A stretch of 64,000 nucleotides of DNA from Escherichia phage a20. The notes under the pieces are model-generated. The model saw only the letters and a program-made list of their open reading frames with translations, made no database searches and had not been told where the DNA came from. The stretch lies in sequence record OQ067374.1. The stretch is one strand, 5' to 3'. This document shows, in pieces, positions 52,667 to 61,926 of the stretch (positions are counted from its first letter, which is position 1; each line of letters begins with the position of its first letter). The position numbers were made by a program, and so were the translations under genes.

Positions 52667-53413
52667 TTAACCTTTAATCAGTTGGAATAATGATGCGCTA
52701 AGTGGTAAGCCACGTTTCAATTTTAATTTACCAATGAAACCAATCTTTTCAAAACGTTGCAGACCTTGGATAACTTTATCATATGTATCGAAAAGCGATT
52801 CAGCGTCAGTTAATTTAGTTTTAGTTTTCCAGTCAGAGCCTTTAAGAAGAACGTTGAGTTTAGTAAGTTCATGGCCTTCTGCTTGATGTGAGCCATTAAT
52901 GCGTGCTTTCAAAGCAACAATTCTAAGTTTAGATTCGTTAGATAAAGGTTGATTTTTCATCATGTTCGCCATATGCTTAACACGATTTTCACGTTTTGCT
53001 CGGATTTTTAAAATAGTACCATAAACATTTTTAATTTGGGCCCATTTCTTCTCGTCGAGATTAAGTTTCTCTACTTTACGGGCAGAAGGATTAGCAATAC
53101 GTCTTGCAACAGCGTCACGTTTCTCAATAAGTTCTTCTAGTGTTAAATCAGAACGAGCCGTGTTATATTTTTTCTTAACTGGGATAACATTACCTTTAAT
53201 GTAGCCTATATCATTATTAAAACGTTCTAAGGATAATTTCTCACCTTCAACAGAGTTATTAAAAGATTCACCTGAGTAAGCGCAGACCTTTTGATCAAGA
53301 ATGTTTTTAAGGTAATTAAAGTCTAAGTTAAAATCCTTGGAGCGTCTCTTCGCAGAAGCTCTGGTGTGGTCAAGACGACGATTGATTTTGTTAATTTTAT
53401 TATTTGATAACAT
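52667..53413 (-). CDS. srd: Srd-like protein
   Basis: 248 aa; position between dda and modA. Confidence 0.55.
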   Translation of the reverse strand: MLSNNKINKINRRLDHTRASAKRRSKDFNLDFNYLKNILDQKVCAYSGESFNNSVEGEKLSLERFNNDIGYIKGNVIPVKKKYNTARSDLTLEELIEKRDAVARRIANPSARKVEKLNLDEKKWAQIKNVYGTILKIRAKRENRVKHMANMMKNQPLSNESKLRIVALKARINGSHQAEGHELTKLNVLLKGSDWKTKTKLTDAESLFDTYDKVIQGLQRFEKIGFIGKLKLKRGLPLSASLFQLIKG

Positions 53414-53458
53414 AATATTTTCCTCTGTCTTACGGACGTTAAGGTCATTTAGCTGATA

Positions 53459-53494
53459 AGTCTATAATATCATGCCCTCAGGTAGTGTACACTC
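53459..53494 (-). promoter_or_regulatory. early promoter, PeSL-like
   Basis: GTGTAC ... GATATTATAGAC. Confidence 0.5.
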
Positions 53495-53566
53495 TTTTTT
53501 CGTAAAATGCTTTAATTTTTTATGTGTTATAATGGTTCTGAGTTCCATCCGGTTATTCCAATTCAG

Positions 53567-54175
53567 TCAGTAACTGACAATAGACAGATTCCAGATTGTA
53601 TAACGTCCATCTTGAATAATAGAATCTACACGCAGTGTAGTCCCTATAGGGAGCATAAATTCACATTCGTCAGATATAAGTCTAGCATTAGACCGTCTTG
53701 TCGCTTCAGGGAAAGCTCCATTGAACTCACAAGATGGCGCAGCCAGAATCATGTTAAGCATATGTTCGCGGAAGTTGAAAGCAAATGGTGCATCTTTGAT
53801 GCAGAACATATTAAATGTTCCGTAAAAATTATACGAAGCAAAGTTACGTGCTACACCGAACACTGGGCTGAAGCTCATTACTCTGTCAAATTTAATAATA
53901 CTACCAATGCCTTTATCATCGAGTGTGGCCATAGTTTTCTTAGAGATTCCACGATACATTGTCTCAGGAACAGAAGACGACCAATTTCTACGAACAATTG
54001 CACTTAAATCTTGTTGGATGCTATCGGGCTTGTTTTCCATACACTGCCACAGTACACTTTGTTCAATGTCGCTGAATTGCTCATCGATTTTGTACTGAAG
54101 CATATCTTGATAATCTGGACATTGAGCACGACGAACCATTTCTTCAATTTCACACTCGTTATACGGCATAAACAT
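53567..54175 (-). CDS. modA: ADP-ribosyltransferase ModA
   Basis: 202 aa; position after modB; AGGAGA SD. Confidence 0.75.
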   Translation of the reverse strand: MFMPYNECEIEEMVRRAQCPDYQDMLQYKIDEQFSDIEQSVLWQCMENKPDSIQQDLSAIVRRNWSSSVPETMYRGISKKTMATLDDKGIGSIIKFDRVMSFSPVFGVARNFASYNFYGTFNMFCIKDAPFAFNFREHMLNMILAAPSCEFNGAFPEATRRSNARLISDECEFMLPIGTTLRVDSIIQDGRYTIWNLSIVSY

Positions 54176-54199
54176 TTAGGTTTCTCCTGTGGTTGATAA

Positions 54200-54235
54200 A
54201 GGTATAGTATCATCGTCTGTAGAGTTTGTACACTA
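54200..54235 (-). promoter_or_regulatory. early promoter, PeSL-like
   Basis: GTGTAC ... GATACTATAC. Confidence 0.5.
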
Positions 54236-54814
54236 AAAATTCAACATTTTCAAATGAATGATTTTGTATAATCGAGATAAAGGGTCATATTCTAAGTCTT
54301 CAATTTCCACAATCTCAAATCTAGAGATACCTGAGACCATGTACTCTCGTTCAGATTCAATCATATCTAGGACGTCAACACGCTTTTCTTCCATAACATG
54401 CTTAGGGTTCTTTCCGGCGAGTACAATGTTAATCATGTTTTGGTAGTAATCAAAAATGAATGGAGCATTCCTGAGACTAAGAATAGTGTACGTCTGATAT
54501 TCCCATCTCCCGGAGAATTGACGAGCTGTACTGAAATCAGTTGTGAATGATGTTACTCGTCCAGGAGACCAATGGCATCCAACAGAAAGAAGGGAAAGAC
54601 GTTCTACTTCTTCTGGAGTTACACCACGGTAGAGTTCTACTGGTACTGTAGAAGTCATATGCTTACGAACAAGATGGTCTAATTCATAGTGGAAATCCGG
54701 GTCTTCCTTAGAATCAGTGCAAGCCCAGAGAATGTTTTGTTCTTGGCGGGTGAATTTGCTATCAATCAGATTTGTTAGGTATTCACGTTCTTGAAGTTCA
54801 GATTGACATGTCAT
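54233..54814 (-). CDS. modB: ADP-ribosyltransferase ModB
   Basis: 193 aa; paralog of the adjacent modA. Confidence 0.7.
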   Translation of the reverse strand: MTCQSELQEREYLTNLIDSKFTRQEQNILWACTDSKEDPDFHYELDHLVRKHMTSTVPVELYRGVTPEEVERLSLLSVGCHWSPGRVTSFTTDFSTARQFSGRWEYQTYTILSLRNAPFIFDYYQNMINIVLAGKNPKHVMEEKRVDVLDMIESEREYMVSGISRFEIVEIEDLEYDPLSRLYKIIHLKMLNF

Positions 54815-54839
54815 GATAGACCTCCATTTAAAGATAAGC

Positions 54840-54872
54840 CTATCATAACACGAGAGGAGGGAATGTAAACTA
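54840..54872 (-). promoter_or_regulatory. early promoter
   Basis: GTTTAC-N17-TATGAT. Confidence 0.5.
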
Positions 54873-55022
54873 CTTTTTAAGCTTTCCTACTAAAGGTCCA
54901 TCAGGACCAGGTTGTTCTAACATGAATAAGGACGCTTTAAAAAGCAATGTCAACCCTTTCACCATTCGATACCATGTCTCGAAGTCTTTTTCCTTGATTT
55001 CTAGTAAGAATTTCTCTTTCAT
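54870..55022 (-). CDS. small hypothetical protein, 50 aa, missed by ORF track
   Basis: ATG ORF MKEKFLLEIKEKDFETWYRMVKG... Confidence 0.3.
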   Translation of the reverse strand: MKEKFLLEIKEKDFETWYRMVKGLTLLFKASLFMLEQPGPDGPLVGKLKK

Positions 55023-55198
55023 TTCCAAGGACTCCATGGTGGAGGGTCATCATAATAAGAGGCAAGGTCTTTCAGGGCTTCAACAGGTAAACTAAAGCCG
55101 TGTCGTTGTATAATACTATCTAGTTCATCAACAAGTTCACTACGATGCACTTTAGGAGCCTCAACTTCAGGCTCGTCAAACATACTCATAAGGTCCAT
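55019..55198 (-). CDS. hypothetical acidic protein; start at ATG 55198
   Basis: track ORF starts at GTG. Confidence 0.45.
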   Translation of the reverse strand: MDLMSMFDEPEVEAPKVHRSELVDELDSIIQRHGFSLPVEALKDLASYYDDPPPWSPWK

Positions 55199-55199
55199 A

Positions 55200-55664
55200 T
55201 TATTCACCTAAATAAAAACTAGGCTGCTCGGAGAATGTTTCTAGTGCTACACCTTTTGTCTTAAAAAATTTCCAAATGGCTCGTTGCAAATGGATTAAAT
55301 CTGCTAATGATGTAATAAAGTATTTTTTGGCAAAATACTTATGGTCTCGCTTTTCAAACAAGTCTAAACGCTTTTCAGGATTCACATAAACTGCATTTTC
55401 CGTAGATTCATACCCTAAGTCCTTTATGCCTTCTTCAAGACTAAACGGAGAATTTTTAGAATGAGTAATAGCTCCAACTCGCTCTACACGAATTTTGTAA
55501 CCTTTAGGAATCTGCAATTTGCAGAATTCTTCTACGATATATTGCGGATTATTTAGACTTTTGTTAATGAGAATAGCTATTTCTAGTGGAGTCTTATCTT
55601 CCACTGGTATATGTTTAAATGACTTGGCTTCAAGCAAATACATTTTAAATAACATAGCATCCAT
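55200..55664 (-). CDS. hypothetical protein (position of T4 mrh)
   Basis: 154-aa ORF. Confidence 0.5.
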   Translation of the reverse strand: MDAMLFKMYLLEAKSFKHIPVEDKTPLEIAILINKSLNNPQYIVEEFCKLQIPKGYKIRVERVGAITHSKNSPFSLEEGIKDLGYESTENAVYVNPEKRLDLFEKRDHKYFAKKYFITSLADLIHLQRAIWKFFKTKGVALETFSEQPSFYLGE

Positions 55665-55843
55665 TATAATTTCCTCGATGGTTCACCCATATAAAGTTTT
55701 ACAATACGTTCGCCTTCATCTTCGACGAGCTTTTCTTCATGTTTCTGGAATTCTTTAGCCATATTCTCTTCAAGAACATCCAGCCAATCTTCTGGACCGA
55801 CACCATCGTCCCAGCTTTTAAACCATTTAACTATCTTGTTCAT
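55664..55843 (-). CDS. hypothetical protein; start at ATG 55843
   Basis: SD AGGGAG upstream of ATG. Confidence 0.45.
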   Translation of the reverse strand: MNKIVKWFKSWDDGVGPEDWLDVLEENMAKEFQKHEEKLVEDEGERIVKLYMGEPSRKL

Positions 55844-56040
55844 TCGCAGCTCCCTGAGCTTGAACCACAATCAGAATAACTTGACCCAGAATCACCAGGC
55901 CAAGACGATACGTATGAATGATTATAACTTGAAGAGCTTGAAGCATTAACATGTTTTGTTTTTGGACGAACAACTTCTTCTATCATGCCGTCACCAATGT
56001 ATTCCCAAGCCTTTTCATGTGTATCAGGAATAGGCATCAT
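55840..56040 (-). CDS. hypothetical Ser-rich protein; start uncertain
   Basis: ORF ends in a Ser/Gly/Cys-rich tail; the longest form overlaps the upstream gene by about 100 nt. Confidence 0.3.
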   Translation of the reverse strand: MMPIPDTHEKAWEYIGDGMIEEVVRPKTKHVNASSSSSYNHSYVSSWPGDSGSSYSDCGSSSGSCE

Positions 56041-56053
56041 ACCTTCGCCTGGT

Positions 56054-56281
56054 TTAACAGCAAACAACTTCTTCAGCATCGTAAGCATTAATTGTTCCTC
56101 GAACAAAACGAACACCACCATCATCCCAACGGATTTCGGCATTAAATTTGATGTCTTCACCGTCCATCATGAATGAGTGTACGACTACGTCGTCATAATA
56201 TCCAAGACCGTACTTTAATGAAACTTCTTGAGCAATCAAAGCACCTAATGTGTTATTAGGTTTAATCCAACGATTTAACAT
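56054..56281 (-). CDS. hypothetical protein; start at ATG 56281
   Basis: SD AAGAGGAGAACAAT upstream. Confidence 0.5.
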   Translation of the reverse strand: MLNRWIKPNNTLGALIAQEVSLKYGLGYYDDVVVHSFMMDGEDIKFNAEIRWDDGGVRFVRGTINAYDAEEVVCC

Positions 56282-56355
56282 ATTGTTCTCCTCTTGAGTA
56301 AGTAAGAATATCTTAACACAGTTTTTAGTGGTTGTAAACTGTAGAAACAAAAAAA

Positions 56356-56373
56356 GGAATCCCGAAGGATTCC
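56356..56373 (-). terminator. intrinsic terminator after soc
   Basis: GGAAUCC-UUCG-GGAUUCC followed by UUUUUUUG on minus RNA. Confidence 0.6.
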
Positions 56374-56382
56374 TTAAATTAT

Positions 56383-56619
56383 TTAACCGCTTACTGGTGT
56401 AGGGGTAAACATTGCAGCGTTCTTAGTTTTCCAAGTTGCTGCATCAGAAACGACATCAGAATAAGCTGCCTTTTCTGATGGAAAGATTTGGTAATGAGAA
56501 TCTGCAATCCGATGTTCGTTTGAATAAATCTCAAACGGTACAGAAACTTCCATACCTTTAACTTCTTTGCCTTCACCAGCCGGATGTGTAAAGGTTTTGA
56601 TATTAACGTAACCACCCAT
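56383..56619 (-). CDS. soc: small outer capsid protein Soc
   Basis: 78 aa; GYVNIKTF...HYQIFPSEKAAYS matches T4 Soc. Confidence 0.88.
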   Translation of the reverse strand: MGGYVNIKTFTHPAGEGKEVKGMEVSVPFEIYSNEHRIADSHYQIFPSEKAAYSDVVSDAATWKTKNAAMFTPTPVSG

Positions 56620-56650
56620 AATTAACTCCTTTGTTGTTTAATTACAGGTG

Positions 56651-56658
56651 TATTTATA
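56651..56658 (-). promoter_or_regulatory. late promoter TATAAATA for soc
   Basis: exact TATAAATA then AAGGAG SD upstream of soc ATG. Confidence 0.65.
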
Positions 56659-56664
56659 ACTTAA

Positions 56665-57186
56665 TCAGTAACCATTATCCTGACGTTCAAAGTTGTGTTG
56701 GTTTTTCAAGTAGTAAAGTTTAAAGATTTCTTCAGCGGAAAGACCCAGACCTTGGAACATATTCAGAACAAAGTGGAGGATATCAATCATCTCGAATTTA
56801 ATTTCAAGCTGGTCTTCAGGAGACAGTTCATCGATACGACGATTTCGATATTCAGCATGTTGTGCTTTCCATGGCTTCCATACAGAGCTAGCGGTTTTCT
56901 CACCATTGCTCATACCACCAAGTGAAGTCAGCAGTTCACGGAATTCATCATCAATATAATCTTTCTGATTACGCAGCCAATCAACAACATCACCAGCAGT
57001 GGCCAATTCATCAGGATGTTTGTTATGTTCAGGCTTGTCATTTGCCAGACGAACCTGTAAAGATTTCTGCATATCAAGCATTACCTGCAGTGGGTCTTTA
57101 TCTTCGTGAATCAGAGCATTAAAATAAGCTTCTTCTGCTTTATCAACACCAGAAATAAGTTGTGAACATTCGTTAAAGTGTGCCAT
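56665..57186 (-). CDS. 56: dCTPase/dUTPase gp56 (MazG-like); start at ATG 57186
   Basis: 173 aa from ATG versus T4 171; position between soc and 61. Confidence 0.8.
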   Translation of the reverse strand: MAHFNECSQLISGVDKAEEAYFNALIHEDKDPLQVMLDMQKSLQVRLANDKPEHNKHPDELATAGDVVDWLRNQKDYIDDEFRELLTSLGGMSNGEKTASSVWKPWKAQHAEYRNRRIDELSPEDQLEIKFEMIDILHFVLNMFQGLGLSAEEIFKLYYLKNQHNFERQDNGY

Positions 57187-57219
57187 TATTTTTCCTTTCA
57201 ATTCAGTATAAGAGAGTTA

Positions 57220-57244
57220 ATTCTAACATTAATTTTATAAAGCG
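57220..57244 (-). promoter_or_regulatory. putative middle promoter for gene 56
   Basis: minus strand CGCTTTA-N12-TAGAAT. Confidence 0.4.
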
Positions 57245-57274
57245 TAATAAATAATAGGTAACTAAGGAGATATT

Positions 57275-57463
57275 ATGTTTAAACTTCCATCGTTAATCAA
57301 CGCTATTAAAGGCAATAAAAAGAAAACTGCAATAGTTGTAGGTGGCATTATTTCATGGAACTTCGGGATTGCACCGTTGTTAGTTGCCCATGGTGTTATG
57401 GTTCCTTCTGTTCCATTGGATACTGTAGTTGATTTGGCCTTTGCTATTATAGGGCTTGTTTAA
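57275..57463 (+). CDS. small hydrophobic protein, 62 aa, plus strand
   Basis: strong SD TAAGGAGATATT-ATG; sole plus-strand ORF in an early cluster; 3' end overlaps convergent gene 61 stop. Confidence 0.5.
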   Translation: MFKLPSLINAIKGNKKKTAIVVGGIISWNFGIAPLLVAHGVMVPSVPLDTVVDLAFAIIGLV

Positions 57464-58482
57464 ATCTTCGAATAACGAGATAATCTCATTTTAGCATGCA
57501 ACCCACTTGAAATATTCTGTTTCATATATTCTAAAATTTCTTGTGGTGTTGCATTTTCTTTCATTACCATATCATTCACATCCTTTGATCTCCATGGAGC
57601 TCGGTCCCAGAACATGACACGTTCGTCTGCATCAACTAATCGCTTCATGCGAGCTATAGTATCCGGATGCCTAGGTTCATTATCCATTACCCATACCCGA
57701 CGTTCTTTAAATGGTACCACATCTAAATCTATTGAGCCGCCTGTAATAGCGATTGCATTGGGTATGAATAAACTATCAATAGGGCCTTCCATTACCCAGA
57801 CGTCTCCTTCCTTAACACGTTCAACACCATAAATTTTTGTTGCAGACTCAAACGCTTTAATAGTGATATATTTCTGAGGAGCATCTTTACGAAGTGCACG
57901 TCCTTGGAATGACTCAGCCTTCCCATCTTTATTAAAAATAGGAATCACTAAACGTGGTTCGTGGATCTCTTTCTTATACGTACCAGGTTGAATCTTGTTG
58001 ACCAATTTGGGCCATTCTAATGTGAACCATAATCTGTTCCATGATTCTTTAGGAATACACCGAGACTTAACATATTTCACAATAGGATGCTCTTCAGGCA
58101 ACTTGTCCAGACGAGAACAAGACGGCAAAGAATTTATAGTCTTTTTCTCTGGCTCCGGCTTAGCTTCAGGAACCTTTTCAATCTTTGGTTCCATTCTAGC
58201 TTTTTCTTTACGAACTTCCATTAGATATTCGCGATAAAGCTCTTCATCATACTCTTTTAAGTATCCGGAAATTGTATTGTGGTATTGACAGTTATAGCAA
58301 TGTACATTACCAGGAGTACCGCCATAATACCAACCGCGAGCTTTCATTGCATCTGTCTGAGAGTCGCCACAAACTGGACAACGAAACGTTAATTTAAATG
58401 TGCTTGAATTATTGATTTGTCTAAAACGAGGGAGGTGAGAAAACGCACGATAAGCAAATTCATTATCTATCCATTCAGCCAT
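57460..58482 (-). CDS. 61: DNA primase gp61
   Basis: 340 aa; zinc-binding CPVCGDS...CYNC and Toprim region matching T4 gp61. Confidence 0.92.
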   Translation of the reverse strand: MAEWIDNEFAYRAFSHLPRFRQINNSSTFKLTFRCPVCGDSQTDAMKARGWYYGGTPGNVHCYNCQYHNTISGYLKEYDEELYREYLMEVRKEKARMEPKIEKVPEAKPEPEKKTINSLPSCSRLDKLPEEHPIVKYVKSRCIPKESWNRLWFTLEWPKLVNKIQPGTYKKEIHEPRLVIPIFNKDGKAESFQGRALRKDAPQKYITIKAFESATKIYGVERVKEGDVWVMEGPIDSLFIPNAIAITGGSIDLDVVPFKERRVWVMDNEPRHPDTIARMKRLVDADERVMFWDRAPWRSKDVNDMVMKENATPQEILEYMKQNISSGLHAKMRLSRYSKI

Positions 58483-58523
58483 AGTATTCTCCAGAGGCCT
58501 TAAATTAATTTAAGGCCATCATA

Positions 58524-58991
58524 TCACAACTTATTAATATTTACTTTAATTCGCTTTCTTTTCTTGGAAGGAATTTGGTCTGGACCTTTATTTACGACTG
58601 CACCTGTAGTTGTTCCTGATGCAATAGCTTGAGGACTGCCGCCTGAATCACCAGCAACCATATCCTCAAATAAAGGGAGTTCTTTAAATATTTCTTTCTG
58701 TTGTTCTTCCGTAATGTTATAGCGTGAAGCTACAGCACTCCAGGCAGACATCATTGAGGCCATTCCATTAAGACCCGGAACAGTGCTCATCATTCGCTTC
58801 ATTGAACGAACTGAAGCATGAAAAGGTGTATAAGCCGCTTTCTCTTCGGGAGTAGAAGGACGTTTAAGAACACTTCCACGTTCATCGATGATTTTGGCTT
58901 CGTATGCTTTCCATTCGGTAAAAGGTTTTTGCATTAGTCGAATAAACTTATATGCGTAAACAGAATCTATTGCAGTGTTAATAATACCCAT
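58524..58991 (-). CDS. hypothetical protein (61.1); start at ATG 58991
   Basis: SD AGGAGGT upstream; track ORF starts at TTG. Confidence 0.5.
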   Translation of the reverse strand: MGIINTAIDSVYAYKFIRLMQKPFTEWKAYEAKIIDERGSVLKRPSTPEEKAAYTPFHASVRSMKRMMSTVPGLNGMASMMSAWSAVASRYNITEEQQKEIFKELPLFEDMVAGDSGGSPQAIASGTTTGAVVNKGPDQIPSKKRKRIKVNINKL

Positions 58992-59010
58992 AGGTACCTC
59001 CTGAGTATAT

Positions 59011-59208
59011 TTAATCAATTACAAAGATTGCTTTGTCACCATTTATATCTGTGACTTCATATGTAGTGCCTTCATACCGTGGAATATTCCAAATTACACC
59101 GTCATTAGCTTTTACGCTAATATGGCATTGGTGTTTTGAAACAACTTCATAATCTTCAAAACTTGTAAAAACACTAATTTTAGAACCAGTGCAAATTGCA
59201 GTAGTCAT
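59011..59208 (-). CDS. hypothetical protein (61.2)
   Basis: 65-aa ORF. Confidence 0.5.
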   Translation of the reverse strand: MTTAICTGSKISVFTSFEDYEVVSKHQCHISVKANDGVIWNIPRYEGTTYEVTDINGDKAIFVID

Positions 59209-59209
59209 T

Positions 59210-59860
59210 TTAACCTCGATTCATAAATGCATTAAATATTTGGTCATCAACAGAAATTTCTAATTCGACTTCAATTGCTTCGGCCTTTTCTTCAGGTGGT
59301 AATTCGTATCCACACACTACAATTTTTTCATCGATATCAAAATATACAGAAGCAATACGATTAATGTTATTTTCAGTTAAGTCTAAATCAACATCAACAT
59401 CTTTTTGACCTACACTTAAAGGATAACTAATACGGGTTATTTTATTATCTTTAACAAAGAGTCCACCAACATACTCTGTACTACGTTTGAAGTTTACACG
59501 TTTCCGAATTGAAAGATATGATGCATCTTTACCGTGAGCTCGGCTCATAGGACATAATGAATAGCTAGAATAAGAGATGTCAAATCCTACACCTTCAATA
59601 TGAGCCAACGTGTCATGATTAAACCAATTATAATCATATGCCAAATCCATTATATTGTAATATGTGAAAGGCACAGGATTAACATCATATGTTGTACCTT
59701 TAAAATCTGCCCAGGCAACGATTTCGTTATCTTTAACAATTACAAAAATTACACCGAGATGGTATCCGTTATTATTTTCATTCGGCGTTATATTATAACA
59801 TTGTGCATTAGGAAATTTACCATATTTAAATGGCGCATTTTTGTGCATATAATAAATCAT
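59210..59860 (-). CDS. hypothetical protein; start at ATG 59860
   Basis: 216-aa ORF with no recognisable motif. Confidence 0.5.
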   Translation of the reverse strand: MIYYMHKNAPFKYGKFPNAQCYNITPNENNNGYHLGVIFVIVKDNEIVAWADFKGTTYDVNPVPFTYYNIMDLAYDYNWFNHDTLAHIEGVGFDISYSSYSLCPMSRAHGKDASYLSIRKRVNFKRSTEYVGGLFVKDNKITRISYPLSVGQKDVDVDLDLTENNINRIASVYFDIDEKIVVCGYELPPEEKAEAIEVELEISVDDQIFNAFMNRG

Positions 59861-59861
59861 A

Positions 59862-60155
59862 TTATTCACCTGTGATTTCGGTTACGATATCTTTGTTATC
59901 GAAATTAGGGTCACAATACAAAACATAGTTGTACTGCATGATACCGCCAGACTTAAGTTGTTCAACAACTTTATTAACCATATTAGGACGGTCTCGTTTA
60001 GTGATGTTCATGATATCAGAGAAGATTTGTTGTTCAACATCTTCTTGATTTGCAGTCATTGACCACTCACAGAGGTCTTTATCATAACCTGCCGTAACTG
60101 GAGCCGGTGCACATGATACTGCAAGTAAGATTGCTGCCAATGATAACTTTTTCAT
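59862..60155 (-). CDS. sp: Spackle periplasmic protein
   Basis: 97 aa; signal peptide and GYDKDLCEWSMTA...GGIMQYNYVLYCD match T4 Sp. Confidence 0.88.
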   Translation of the reverse strand: MKKLSLAAILLAVSCAPAPVTAGYDKDLCEWSMTANQEDVEQQIFSDIMNITKRDRPNMVNKVVEQLKSGGIMQYNYVLYCDPNFDNKDIVTEITGE

Positions 60156-60175
60156 TTTAACTCCTTAGTTGATTT

Positions 60176-60216
60176 GATAGGACTACTATACTATAGTACA
60201 TCTATAATGTAAACAA
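60176..60216 (-). promoter_or_regulatory. early promoter for sp, PeSL-like
   Basis: GTTTAC ... TATAGTAG with inverted repeat. Confidence 0.5.
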
Positions 60217-60218
60217 GT

Positions 60219-60467
60219 TTATTCTTTTTCGCGAATAATAATTACTTGTTGAGGCTGCTGAGCAGATTTCTTTTCGGCAACGATAGACCAAATTAAAGTT
60301 CCAATCCAACCAACCATCGTCCAGTTAAAGAGTAAAGATACAAAGAAGATTGCTGTTGTGCTTTTTGTGCCACGAATAAGTGCGATTACCCAAGGCAACA
60401 TGTAAATGATGATTGAACCAATACCTGCGATTAAAACTGCTACTGAACTAGCCACGAGTAATTCCAT
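60219..60467 (-). CDS. small integral membrane protein; start at ATG 60467
   Basis: 82 aa with two predicted TM helices; SD AAGAGGAAATTAAC. Confidence 0.5.
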   Translation of the reverse strand: MELLVASSVAVLIAGIGSIIIYMLPWVIALIRGTKSTTAIFFVSLLFNWTMVGWIGTLIWSIVAEKKSAQQPQQVIIIREKE

Positions 60468-60492
60468 GTTAATTTCCTCTTGATTTGTTATG

Positions 60493-60527
60493 TTTATAGT
60501 ATCTTGTTTTAACTTTGGTGTAACCAA
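60493..60527 (-). promoter_or_regulatory. early promoter
   Basis: GGTTACA-N17-TACTAT. Confidence 0.5.
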
Positions 60528-60896
60528 TTAATTAAATTTGTTTAAACGTTCAATACACTGGACGTAGTTATTCGCGATTTGTTTCTGGGTAGGCTCTTTA
60601 CCAGTTGTTTCAACATAGCGAATGAATGCGATTTCAGTAGCCTGTAAGCAATGTTCTTTAACGCGTTGTTCTTTTGACAATGCTACAGTATCAGAGTCAC
60701 GATAACGTTGAGCATGGGCATCAGCTTGAATCATTCGATTACCTACAGTAACCGGGTCTTCCACTTCAACTTTAGGTTGGTCGTACTGTTTAACATTCGG
60801 ATTGTAAATCAGTTGGCCAACGTTATTAGGGATAAAGCCATGGGCACCACATCCTGTTAATCCAAATACCATTGCTAAAGCGATTAATTTTTTCAT
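60528..60896 (-). CDS. predicted lipoprotein
   Basis: signal peptide with LTGC lipobox. Confidence 0.55.
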   Translation of the reverse strand: MKKLIALAMVFGLTGCGAHGFIPNNVGQLIYNPNVKQYDQPKVEVEDPVTVGNRMIQADAHAQRYRDSDTVALSKEQRVKEHCLQATEIAFIRYVETTGKEPTQKQIANNYVQCIERLNKFN

Positions 60897-60920
60897 TTCA
60901 ATTTCCTCTGTAGTTGATAG

Positions 60921-60956
60921 AAAGATAGTAACACAGTATGTGGGGCTTGTAAACAG
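60921..60956 (-). promoter_or_regulatory. early promoter, PeSL-like
   Basis: GTTTAC ... TACTATC. Confidence 0.5.
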
Positions 60957-60967
60957 TTATTTTAAAA

Positions 60968-61156
60968 TTATCGAAAATCTGCTTCGAAAACTTTCTCGTC
61001 ATTAACAAATGCTTTAACTAATGCTTTGTTCACTTCAGCAAGTTGTACCGTAACCCACTCGATTTCTTCGCGATCACCTGATAACATCATATCTTTAGTG
61101 AACATCTCACCGCTTTTAAACCAACCGATAAAAGTAACTTTAGTTAATTTGCTCAT
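60968..61156 (-). CDS. dmd: Dmd antitoxin; start at ATG 61156
   Basis: 62 aa MSKLTKVTFIGWFKSGEMFTKD...AEVNKALVKAF matches T4 Dmd. Confidence 0.8.
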   Translation of the reverse strand: MSKLTKVTFIGWFKSGEMFTKDMMLSGDREEIEWVTVQLAEVNKALVKAFVNDEKVFEADFR

Positions 61157-61470
61157 ATTTCCTCGCAAAATGCCCATTCAGCGTGATAAACTGTAGCGCC
61201 TTTAGTATCATTCATTTGAACTACATCTACCGGAGAAATTACTCGGTAGAGACGTGGTTCACCTCCATAAGAGCGTGCTGCTCGTCCTGCATAAATCTTT
61301 GCTAAACCGATATCTTCAGTAAAGAATACACGATCCAAGTTTTTCTTACGTCCAGTTTCAGACAGAACTCCTGTTTCTTCAGGAGGACAAAGCATGTTTT
61401 CGATGTTAGCTGAACTACTTGAACCGTGATAAAAAATCTTAAATTCTGCTTTACAATCGATGGTTTTCAT
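61153..61470 (-). CDS. hypothetical protein
   Basis: 105-aa ORF overlapping dmd start. Confidence 0.5.
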   Translation of the reverse strand: MKTIDCKAEFKIFYHGSSSSANIENMLCPPEETGVLSETGRKKNLDRVFFTEDIGLAKIYAGRAARSYGGEPRLYRVISPVDVVQMNDTKGATVYHAEWAFCEEI

Positions 61471-61491
61471 TTTGTTCTCCAGTAGTTGATA

Positions 61492-61527
61492 GGTCTATAA
61501 TAACACAACTACTGGAGAAGTAAACTT
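61492..61527 (-). promoter_or_regulatory. early promoter, PeSL-like
   Basis: GTTTAC ... GTTATTATAGAC with inverted repeat AGTAGTTG/CAACTACT. Confidence 0.55.
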
Positions 61528-61900
61528 AAAAACGTAATTTAGATATATCTGCGTTGATTTCGTTTTGGTTTGCGTCGTATGCAATTAAACGAACCGCTTT
61601 AGATGGGTCATTCAATGCATAGAAATGATGGAACATTGCTCGAACGATATCACCATTTACGAGTTCTACCTGGATAGGAGAACCTTTTTCGAGTTGGAAA
61701 TGTTCATAAGCTTTGATGGTTCGTAGATAATCAAGTTTTTGATTTCCGGCTCCAACTATTTGTACGATACGTTTGCCCATATTTTCCATACGAGATACAA
61801 TAGTTTTAGGAGCAAGAATAACGTAGGTTGCCAGTGGAGAAACTACTTCAACAGTTGTGTTTTCGGTGATTGCAGTAAAAATTGCTTGAGACATATTCAT
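61526..61900 (-). CDS. hypothetical protein
   Basis: 124-aa ORF. Confidence 0.5.
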   Translation of the reverse strand: MNMSQAIFTAITENTTVEVVSPLATYVILAPKTIVSRMENMGKRIVQIVGAGNQKLDYLRTIKAYEHFQLEKGSPIQVELVNGDIVRAMFHHFYALNDPSKAVRLIAYDANQNEINADISKLRF

Positions 61901-61926
61901 AATGTTTTCCTCTTGGTTGGTGTAAG

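Noticed and set aside
53522-54007. 161-aa plus-strand ORF
   Set aside because: Antisense to modA; no start context.
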